Assembly (NCBI GenBank): GCA_002633005.1
Contig: NMRA01000299.1
Coordinates: 62,001-126,000 of the forward strand
DNA: 64,000 nucleotides
Reading direction: 5' to 3'
From: Phoronis australis
Taxonomy: Eukaryota; Animalia; Phoronida
The position numbers were made by a program, and so were the translations under genes. The notes below the pieces were generated by a model. It was not told where the DNA came from. It ran no database searches and was given only the letters and a program-made list of their open reading frames with translations. Position 1 is the stretch's first letter, and every line of letters starts with the position of its first letter. Of this stretch, positions 24,201 to 36,100 are shown in pieces.

Positions 24201-27200
24201 AGATTATAAAAATAGCGTAAAAATTTACAATGCATCCAAAAATGGGAACATGCCATATTTCATAAAAATCAGTCAAGGAACTTCAGAGAAACAAAGGAAA
24301 ACAGAACAAAATGAAATTGCCACTTGTGGGCACAGCGTCCGTTCGATCCGCCTGAAAGTCCTCATCTCTTATCTTCATATAAATTCACTGTTACTAAATT
24401 TAATAAAGATCCTGCAGTGGGTTTTGGATATACAGCCACGGGTGAAAAACAAAACTACCACTAGGAGCCGCCACAGTAGTCAGTTGCCATCATCAAACAT
24501 CCTCTTCACACTGAAAACATATACGCCAATTTTCAAAACCATAACTAGAATGATTTGATTGATCGAGGGGTGGACGCCAAAAACAAGATTTGAAAACAGC
24601 AAAAATGGCCAATAGGTGGTGCAAAATACCTCGATTGCATCCAAAAACAGGAGGTTAGCGTCATCTCACTAATAGATGCGTATAACAAAAATTTTATGAA
24701 AATCTGTTGAGGGCCTTTGAAGATACAGACTGGTAAACGTAAAAAAGTAAAATTACCACTAGGGGGCATACCAGTAGTCAGATTCATCCGAAAGTCGTCG
24801 CCGTCCGTTGTCAAAATCATATAAATACAATTGCTAAATTAAGTAAAAATCCTTCTAACGGTTTAGGAGATACAGCCATGAGCACAAAAAACAAAACTGT
24901 CACTAGGAGGCGCCACAGTAGTCGAACTCGTCGGAAAAGCATCGTCAGCTGTCCACTTCCTAGTAGAAACATACACGCCGATTTTCATAATTATCCTAAA
25001 AGCGCTTTGGTTGATAGACGAGTGGACAGACTTGAAAACAGTAATAATGGCCAATAGGTGGCACAAACAAGGTCGAATCCATCTGAAAACAGAGAATTAG
25101 CGTCACCTCATTAACAGATGCCTGTAGGCCAAATTTTATAAAAATAGGACTTTTGAACCTAAAGAGGTAAACGTAAAAAAATAAAATTGCCACTAGGTGG
25201 CACACCAGTCCTCAGATCTGTCCGAAAGTTGTCATGGTCTGTTGTCAACAGTATATATATTAGTCTTACTAAATTTAGCCAAGATACTTGGAAAGGTTTA
25301 GGAGATACAGGCATAGGCGCAAAAAACAAAACTGCCACTAGGAGGCGCCACAGTAGGTGAAATCTTCGGAAAATCATTGTCAGCCATCCACTTCATAGAA
25401 AGAGCATACGTGGAAATTTTCACAATCAACCTTTGAGCGATTTGGTTGATAGAGGGGTGGAAGCAAAAAAACAGACTCGAAAACAGTAAAAATGGCCACT
25501 AGGAGGCGCAAACTATGTTAAATCCATCCGAATTGGCAGGACAGCGTCATCTCACTAATAGGTGTCTGTAAACCCAATTTTACAAAAATCCGTTCAGGAC
25601 TTTTGAAGATACAGAGGTAAATGTAAAAAAATAAAATTGCCACTAGAGAGCACACCAGTAGTCGGGTCCATTCTGAAAGTTTGCTCATGCCGTCCCATCC
25701 ACGGAAGGAACACGTGCAAAATTTCGTGTACACACGTTAAGGCGTTTTGGAGATATAGCAGCAGACGCCGCGGACGGACGGACGGAAATGACGGCATAAT
25801 GCATCCACATATAAACATGGTGCATAAAAAATGAAAATGCCACTATGGGGCACAGCGTTCGTTGGATCCGCCTGAAAGACGTTGTTGTCTGTCATTAGAT
25901 TAACATAAAAATGCAATTACTAAATTTAATTAAGATCCTGTGGTGGGTTTAGGAGATGCGTCTAGGAGGCACCACAGTAGTCGACATCGTCATCGTGAAC
26001 CGTCCTCTACGCACTGAGATATGCCAATTTTCAAAATCATCCTTAGAATGGTTTGCTTGATCAAGGGGAGGATGCCAAAAAAGACTTGAAAGCAACAAAA
26101 TGGACACTAGGTGGTGCAAAGTGCCTAGATTCCATCCGAAAATGAGAGGATAGCATCATCTCACCAATAGATGTCCATATTCCAAATCTTCTGAAAATCC
26201 GTTGAGGACCTTTGACGATAGAGGTCAACCTCAAAAACTAAAACTGCCACTTGGAGGCACATTGGTAGTCAGATGCATCTGAAAGTTGTCGTCATCCATT
26301 GTCAACATCCTATAAACAAACTTGCTAAATTTAGTAAAGATCCTGCAAACGCATTAGGAGATAAAGCCATGGGCGCAAAACAAACAAAACTACCACTAGG
26401 AGGTGCCACAGTAGTCGAAATCATTGTCAGCCGTCCTCTTTATAGAAAGAACTTACTTGCCAATTTTCACAATCATCGTTGGAATGGTTAGATTGATAGA
26501 GGGGTGGACGCCAAAAACAGACTCAAAAAAAGCAAAAATGGCCACTGGGTGGCGCAAACTACGTCGAATCCATCCGAAAATGGGAGGATAGCATCATCTC
26601 ACTAATAGATGCCTATATGCCAAATTTTATGAAAATGAAAATACCTTGAGGACCTTTGAAGAGATACAGACTGAGGTAAATTTAAAAAACTAAAATTGCC
26701 ACTAGGGGGCACACCGGTAGTCAGATCCGTCCGAAAGTACACTCATGCCGCCCCATTCATGAAAGAAACATATTAGGTGCAAAATTTCATGAACGTACAT
26801 CAAAGAGTTTAATTTGGAGAGAGAGCAACGGACGCCGGACGGACGCCGGACGGATGCTGGACAGACGGAGATTACAGTATAATGTGTCCACATATGAATA
26901 TGTGAGTGCATAAAAATAAAATTGCCACTACTGGGGTGAAGAGTCAAATGGGTCCAACACTCTTCATCATCTGTCATCAGCTTCGCAGGAACATATCTGC
27001 TGATCATAATCTCATTAAGAACCTACAAGGGTTTTGGGTGATACAGCAGCAGACACCAGACTCCAAACAGTGGACACCCAGATGCAGATAACAACAATAT
27101 GCATCCACAGATGTTTGTGGGGGCAGATGAATTGAAAACATTAAGACGAGAGGCACTTCAACAACTAAAATTTAATTTGCTAAATGGAAAAACATTGACA

Positions 27201-30071
27201 TGCTGGACTCATTGAAGTACGATGTGTTGTAGACGGAAAAAATGGAAAACTTGACTAGAAAGGAAGGTCTGCCACTTACCCAAGAACTATAAATAGTGTT
27301 TCTAAACCAAAGGTGATATAAGTTTGAAATACTGTAAAGTTTCAGTTTCATTATAAACCAGACCTGTGTACCGTATGCAAAAACTGTGGAATTGCACGGA
27401 AGCTTGGCTTGTAGTATGCAAGTAGGCAATCCCAGACAAAAATACGCGAATTTGAAGCAGATTATTTACAGAGTTGTTACTCACTAGTGATAAGCTAATA
27501 GATGTCTTGAGTAGAAATGAAAGAAAAAAATAATTTTTTTAGAAATTAAAAAATTAATATGCATTCATCTTATTTTAACTGAAAATGTGAGCTGTGATGC
27601 CTGAATTTTGCTCTGATTCATTCTAAATGTAGCAAGACAATTGACGAATCCTCAAGATTTTTCAATCGATATTCATAATCACTGAATCTATAAGCAGTGA
27701 TTTGTGTGGCTGGTGCATTGTTTACTCTTATTATTTGATTATTTGATCTCTAGCTAAATAGTACATACTCTGTTGTCAAAATAGCAAAGCACAGCTTTTT
27801 TTGACAAGCAATACGATAGTACCTGGTTATATACGCTTTCAATGAACAATAGTCCAAACTTGTAAGAACATGTCGTCTGATGTAAAACATTGTCCAGTAC
27901 ATATGAATGAGAGCCCTTCTTTTGCAGCAAGGAACTCGTGTGTATCTGATCACAATTCATGGCACATGTTACCATTGCAGCAAATATTTAGTACATATCG
28001 GTAATTATGTAAGTTCACTAAGGAATCTTTCAGTTGATTAACGGTATCTTTTCACTACAGCAAGCGAGTTCACACTTTAGAGAATTATGAAAATTGGTGG
28101 CCTAATTACTACATGACTTGTGTTAAACTGTGTCAAAGGTAAGTAACTGGGAAATGTACCAACTGAACACAGTCTGTGTCAATATGCTAACATGCTCAAA
28201 AGTTTTAATTTTCAATGTTTGGCCTTCATACGAAAATCTGCAAATTTACTGAAAAATCTGCAAATTTACTGAAAAATCTGCAAATCTGATGTCCAATATA
28301 GTCAAATATAGGTGTTACACAGGTCTGATATACCTCCATTTGACTGACCCTGACTCATGAAACTACCTTAGGTCTGACTGAAGGAGGCGATGTCGTTGTC
28401 TCATTCAATCTGCGCAGCTTGTCTGATTGTTTCCTCTGTTGCGAAGCTGCATGATTCACAATCTTCGAATGAACATCCTTTTCAACGTTACTCGCAGTAA
28501 GCTCCTCCTTGTGAATGGTTGTGCGCTACAAACATGGAAAATATGATTAGTTCCACACATCTGATTCCGTCATTCATTCTTCATTTTTTGAGCAAAATCA
28601 GTTATGACCAACTCATATTTGATCATTGCAGCTTTAAAGAACAGACACGTGGAAAGTTTAGTGTTACAAGTTTATTAAATGTAAACAGTTGAAGCTGCAT
28701 TTGTCCTGTTTAGCTGGCGAACACTTAGAAAATCAAATAAGCCCTTTTGCTCTCATAAAATCACAATCTCATAATATCACTTGCCATGATTAGGATTCCA
28801 TTCATTACCAAAGCCACAGGCAAAGCATACATGTGCCATATTCAAATTTGCATGTTTAGAATTCACATTTTTTGAATTTGCAATAGTTGGTCAACACCAA
28901 TAAACTTTGAAGTGCTTTCTCGAGTCACTGATGACTTTGATGGTCTGGTTGGTAATAGAAATAAAATTGTATCACATTGAGGCATATTAAGAGAACAATT
29001 TGACACACTAATCAGGTAAAGGACAAATTACATTTTTCTGTTAGCTAAACAGCAATACAAAACTGCAATACAAAACTGATACGAGACACTACTTCAGAAA
29101 TAATCAATAGATCGCTGAAATTAATTTTCTTAAACCATTTCTTAGCGGGGTGATGACATGCAGAAAATAAATGAAGAATGTCTCCCCTTTCCCTATAACT
29201 AACTCAGCTGATCGCATGTCACAGACAGATATGTCAGAACAACCAGACAGTTCTCGCTTTATGAAATAGCTTCATTATCGGAATATTCCTTAAACGTCAA
29301 AGATGAAGAAAACAGAACCAATTGGATGGTCTTCAGAGGAATGTATTTTGAATGATATGGTATCCAAGAACGCAGTGTTGGAGACAATCACCACAAGCTT
29401 AGGCATTGTTGGCTTCTTTTGATGTCGAAAAAATTAGAGTGTCAAGAGTTTTGGAAATCAGATAATTAAATAAATAAATATGAATTGTACAGTTCGAAAT
29501 TCATGATTAAGTAAACAATCGTCATCCACATTTTTTTACAGAAAACAAAACTATTGTGAATGCAAGTTTTATCATACTTGTTCACTCGTTTCCCAAAGCA
29601 AAGCTCAAACGATGAGACTAATAGTTACTAATAGATTTATGTTGTTATTAAGGTAAACATTCACACACCACCAACAGAGCATATGCCATATGAAAATAGC
29701 CTATTAAGGATTTTCTTTCAATTTTTGTAATGAGATTCCAGACATTCGCAGAAATGCTCACAAATAGACTAAAGTACGACTATCGTATGTTGAGACATGC
29801 AGCAATTTTACAATTTCATTCTTCAACCATGGGTCCCAAATGATTACGTCATCATAATTTACTTTTGGCCCAGTCAAAATGACCTTGGACGCCCTATCTT
29901 TGCGCCAAGAACTGTCAATGCTTGCATCGCCGCCACTTCTCTCCACATGCCCCTGTTTAACCACATCAGAGCACTCCTGGTGCTGCTCTCTCTTGGCCGT
30001 CTGTCTGATGATAGTGTCAACCACCTTCTGAACAAGTAGCTCACTGCCAAATTCACCTGAATTGGAACACA

Positions 30072-30105
<34 letters not shown>

Positions 30106-33100
30106 ATTAAGCTATTGACTGTTAAATTTGTAACATTATTGCATGCATTTGAAAAGGGTCAACTCATTGGACCCTAAGCACCATGTGGCAAAAATAATTT
30201 AATCCCCAACAGTGTAAACATATGTCTAAAGGTCTTAGACAGCTATTGGGGCAAAACCACATCAGCAGTATAGCTGTTAATCAAAACCTTACTACTCTGA
30301 TTTTGTCATTATTTCATCAATCACAATTTCACACAAGCTTCATCATTGACCCAAAAAACTTCATAGTTTACTTGGAAATAAATCTATTCAGAACACCGGT
30401 ATAATAACAGTTACTGTAACCATGATACATAATTCTGCAACACTGGATCATCAAAGCTGGCTCAGCTCACCATGATCAGTTTGAAACTTGATCTTAGTGT
30501 TGAGCCAAAAGTTAGGCCTGGTCAAAAAGTTCAACTTGGCTCTCTCAAAACAAGTTCGAGATGAACTAGACAACTTGATTAACCCTGGTATTCTGGTAAC
30601 TGAACCAATTGCCTGGGTCAATATGACGACTGTTACAAAAGCTTGATGGAAGACTCTGGATAGGTATTGATCTGCAGGTCCTCAACAATGCTGTACAGAG
30701 ACAGCATTTATGAAATTCCAATGCTTGATTGCATTTCACCAAAGTTGAGTGAAGCTAGAATATTCAATACGCTTGTTGTCTTGTTGTAAAAGAACCCTAC
30801 TGGCATGCCTGCTTTGATTCTCAATCTGGTTCATATGCGACAATCGATGACAGACTTCGGTCCTTATGGTTGGACCACACTACCATTTGGTTTAAATTTG
30901 TCTTGTTTGAAGTCTTTCAAGTCAGTCAATTTATTTAGTGGGTTAAAGTAAAATAAGAGAAAAGATTAGCCAAAGGCTAGTATACCGACAAATAAATACA
31001 AGAGTTACAAAATTAACATGAATTAATATTCAAATCGACTTGACAAGTTTCGGTGTCATTTATTCAAGCACCATGATCAGAAGAGAGAATATAGTGGCCA
31101 CCTGTTTTTATTAATATATGCTGCTACTTGCTATCATGGAGAATGAACATGAAATTAAAACAAAGATAAAAATACTTTATACAAGATTAACAATTAGCAT
31201 CATAGGAGAGATTATGTTTGGATTAGAAAATCACAGGCCCTGCACTTGGAGACTCAGTCTATGTGTTGGCATATTTTTAAAGACATAAAAATCTAAGCTC
31301 GATCTTGCCTCCTCTGGTAAAGAGTTCCGCAAATAAGAACCACAGGCTGTGACGACTGGTTCTGCACTAGGGAATGTTTATCTTGTTAGATTATCTCAAA
31401 TTATAATGGGATCCTGCAAATTGTGAGAAGATCCCATAGAAATGGGGGTGACAAGTGGTTCAAAATTTTGAAAGTTTCTTTTAGCATCATTTCTCTGTAT
31501 ACCAAGCTCTGGAGTAGACAGATTAACTCTCTGTAATTGTGTCTGATATGAGCTAGAAAAGCCAAGATTGAACGGGTGTACTGACTTGGCCACAAAAATG
31601 CCAGACTAAAGCACAGTGGAGACACTTTGATAAAATAAAACATCGAAAAATCATCATCCAGCTACTAAAGTCTAGAATCCTAGCCAGACACTGAAAAACG
31701 TTGACCTGAGCTCCTGTCTTGCGCCACAAAACTTTGACATCGTTGTTCAAACTAAGGTCGTCATTGGGTACCCCATCAAGTAATTTAACGACAACCTCAC
31801 TCAGACCTGTCAATCATTAGCACGTGTTTGGTTCCCTAAGTGTCCAGCCCGAGGCAAATCTTTACAAAATCAAAGAGCTTGCCTTAGAAATAGACCACTA
31901 ACTTAAAACGGAGTCTTGCTTGATCCGCCTTTTCTCTCAATAAACTTGCCCAACTGAACACACGCCTACCTGTTGGAATACATTGACGAGCAGCGACCGA
32001 GGTACTTAAAAACCCAATCACGCTCAGGATCATGGCGCCACTGAGTCATGTGCCGTCGAAGTCCGTTATTTCAATCCCCGACCTATATTTTAACTGATAT
32101 GCTTGAAGTCTGACGTCTGTGTAGCTCCGTGAGGGTAAAATCGGTCCTCCGTGCAGTAAGCAACCACTCCCGACTTTTCAAAAATTTCAATTTTAACCGC
32201 CCATGTTTGTGTTACCGCCCACACCCTGTTTTTTAGATTCCCAATTTAAGCACCCTGGGCGGTAACGCGGACGAGTACGGTATTCATTGATGAGGCTACC
32301 CTGAACACAATCCCAAGTCACAAACATACTGTAATTACTCACCAGGGAAATGTTTTTGTACCACCTTATTAGCCACCTGGTACACGTTACTGTTGAGTGA
32401 CGGGTCAGATTCCCCATAGAACCAGGCCACACTTTCTTGAATGACTTGCCCGTCCCAATCTAGGCTTAAAGGGATGCTGAAATCACAGGGCGTAAAATAA
32501 CAGAATATTCAATGGTCTTAAATGCAAAAATACAACTGATGCGCTGGTGAACTATCATAATCAAGATTAAAAAATGGACCAGCATGTTACTGATTCTCTC
32601 AATAACATGCAGTGCTCAGTGACCCTACAACTATGGTGATGACCTACTTACTATTCCCTGTATCTCTTGCTACTCTCATTTCACTCCATGGATGTGAGTT
32701 GACTGGTATTCAACACTTGCTGTCTCATTGTATATATTATACGGGTGATGTCGTATGAATAGACGAAATGTTGAATGAACATGAACTTTTTTATTTGTGT
32801 GGGGATTGTCCGTTTTTTAATCTTACTATGGCCAAAAAATGACGTAATCATAATCAAGATTACTGCACACTGAGTTTATGTGCAGATCCACCACACCCAG
32901 TTATCCATTAGTCATTTAATTTGTGATACTTAGCAAATTATTAAATTTTGTTACAAACATATTTAACAAGTGTGCAATATGTTTGATAGAGTTATTTAAA
33001 AATTTTATTTATTTCTCCTCGACAAACAATTCTCTATTCAACTTCTCAAAATGTTTGAAGAAATTTAACTCCCCAAATTCGGAAAACAGCAAAAAGGCAC

Positions 33101-36100
33101 ATTTTGGAGCTGTGCTAAATTCAAAAATACCACAAAAATCTTGTCTCGCAATATTTGACCAAGATTGAATTTGTTCTGTTCATTTTAATTTTGAGTGTCA
33201 GAAAATCGTGCAACTTTACCGTAAGTTCAGTAATGACTCATAATTTTCAGCATATCATCCTCATACTGAATGAGTCATCAACGATCTGTCAAGATTTCAT
33301 TCAATAGTGGGAGAACTGACCTTTGTAATTACTAGATGAACAGCAAGACAAAAATACTCACATTTCTGGTACATTGTCATATTCTATACCATCCCAGAAA
33401 TGCTTGAAACCACATTGACATCTGGTGCTAGAGGTACGTGTTGTTGTTTTGTCGCCGTTTATGTAGTTCACAGAACCATCTGCATTCAGCAACCGCATTT
33501 TGGCACTACAATCAATAAAAAATCATTCAATAAGCCTGAATCGGTGAAAAGCCTTATGTAACGTTCTACACACACCGTACATTCACAAGCTTGAACAATC
33601 CCTAACGGAAAGCTTAGAGGAGAATGCCACTTGATTTAATTTACCTTTTTTACCGTCTTATTCGATCTATATCCACATCACCTCGTATGCGGTCGATCTT
33701 ACGTCGCCAAGAGGTGTCGCGTTAACCTGTGAGGAAGGTGAGAAATGACGATGCGACGTCAGTGGTTCTTCTGCAAAGTGAGTGCCACTATGGTACGGTG
33801 TATCATTTCCGCTTGTGTGAACTATGAAGCCGCGAGGAAAGCGGTTATATCGTTTTTTCGGTTTCCTCGAGAATGCATAATACTTCAGAAGTGGCTTGCG
33901 GTAGTGAAGAATGAAAAGTATGAGGCTGTGGAACTTCTCCATGTCTGTCAGTGGCCTGCATTTCGTGGGATAATGATCGGTTGTTGACCAGATTTTGATT
34001 ATCGAGAATGAAAACATAAACAATTACAATTAATTCAAGGTGTGAGAACATAAGGTTTTATATAACCTGTTTGATGACTAACTCGTTTGTCAGGCTTTTG
34101 TTTGGCCCTCTGGGTGTAGGATGTTTTCGCCAGTTCTGTTCTCAGCCCTAAAATATGCCGTAAGCAAACATCTGTTTAGATGCAGTGCAAAATCAGGATA
34201 GTCCATGAGACACATCTGCGCTTCTCCAAGAAGGCGTTTCACTTGCGGAATTTTGTGGCAGCAAATGCAAGCATCAGTAGTTTCCATTATCGTGCAGTAA
34301 GCTCACTGACACCATGACAAGTCATTCAAACAGTTTTCGGAACTATCCATATGCTCTGTTGTCTGTGCACGTCCACGGAGCCCCTCTATTATTTCTTGAT
34401 CAGAGTATTCCTGTGAAACCAAACAATCGACCTGTGAAGTGTTCGCCGGATGAGCACGAGTCGGGATTGCGAGTTGCCATGCTGATGTTTATTGTGCATT
34501 CTGTTTCAAAATGAATTATTCTCATCCTAACCAACGCTGATATAAAACTGAAACAAAGTCTGTCTCATTAGATACAATTTGTAATGCCTTGGAGTGTTTG
34601 TGAGTGCAAATGTTTTTAGAAGCCAGCAATGAATAAATCACTGCTTTACATGCTTGAAATGCAATAAACTAAATTGACTGGGCACTGAGGCAGTGTGAGC
34701 GCATTCTTATTCAATGTTTGCTGACAGAAAGCTGTTGTGAAACAATGACTCGATTTTATATCATATGGTCAGATGTTGGGAGAATCATTATTTAGATATT
34801 CATATAGTACATTATTCAAATCATTGATGCTGTATAACTTTTGCCCTGATGGTTCTGTGGAAAGGTAACCTGACTTTGCGTCCATCAACGAGCTAGTAAG
34901 CAGATTTGCAGTTTTGTGGCTAATTCACAAAAATAATCACGAGCACATTTTTTCTTTGGCTCACTAGTATCTGTCTTTTCATGACTGAAAGTTTAGTTTC
35001 CAAGTTTGACTGGTTTATGTTCGTGATGTCTTCAGGCAGTCCGGCCGCGATGTGCCTGATCGCGTTCTGAACCACAGGCCGCAACAGCAAGCGTTTTGTG
35101 TGTTTAGAACTGAAAAAAATCTCAAGTCTAAAATTACAACACATAGCTATGTTCTCCTGTCTGTATTTCACGGACGAATGATTTGAATTTATCACCGAAC
35201 AGACCCCAAACTCCCGCGACCGACCTTGGTAAATTGGCCTACCAAACTTTGTATGCTAGGGTACGTTCAAATACCTAAAATCCGTAACAGTGAAATAAAG
35301 TAACACATTTGTTCAATAACTCAATGAATTTGCAAGGGTTTTACATCGAATTTTGATGATTTACTGGTGTAAGATGATGAATTCAAGCGACAAGGTGACA
35401 CCAGTAAGTATGCTGTAAACTGCTGAACAGACTGCATTCGACGTCATTGGTTAATTTCAACATCTCCGCTTGCCATCAGGAGTCAGGTAAAAGAGCTGTA
35501 CTTGCTGTTATCGAGTGGAGCTACTTGATCTAAATTCAGACAAAACAGGTTACTTTTTGGTGGCGTTCTCCTTTAATTCATCTAAAAAATGTGATACCTT
35601 ATTCAAAATCCTTGACAAGCATTCTTAGCTTAGTGTACGTGTACTCCAAGAACTACATGGTCACGTATGAACATGTCATGAGAGATATTTAGTTTAATGG
35701 TCAATCGGTAAGAAAAAGAAGTTTACTGGTGGCAGAATTTATGAAGGACAGCCGGGTCGCAATAGGGGGTCCCCATGCACCTAAAGGGTATATTTTAAAC
35801 AGAACTGCTATTTTGAAATCTCCATGGCATTTACTTATTGTTGATCCCTAGGCAAAATTTAGTCCAGTGTATAATAAATTATATCAATAATAGAAATGGT
35901 ATAAGCAAATTGTTGAAAAACAAAACATCTGTTATAAGTGGAATGTGGGAGGTTTAGACTTTTCTGACGTGCGTGCAAGAAATATGACTGTTTGTGTTAA
36001 AAGACGAATTTAGTGTCTTAAATTTCAAATATATAAAAAGTGATGAAAATAACGTACATTTTTGCAGACGAAACAATAAAAACCAAATTATTGAAACAAT

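Larger units (their letters stand above)
33618..35572. mobile_element. Internally deleted Kolobok-type DNA transposon (~1.95 kb)
   Basis: TIRs AGGAGAATGCCAC and GTGGCGTTCTCCT (12/13), flanked by TTAG and TTAA. Contains a THAP remnant (+) and a KolX-like remnant (-). Confidence 0.8.

Noticed and set aside
32466-32476. TTAAAGGG as a Kolobok terminus
   Set aside because: It lies inside VCPIP1 exon 8; the true matching TIR is at 33618.
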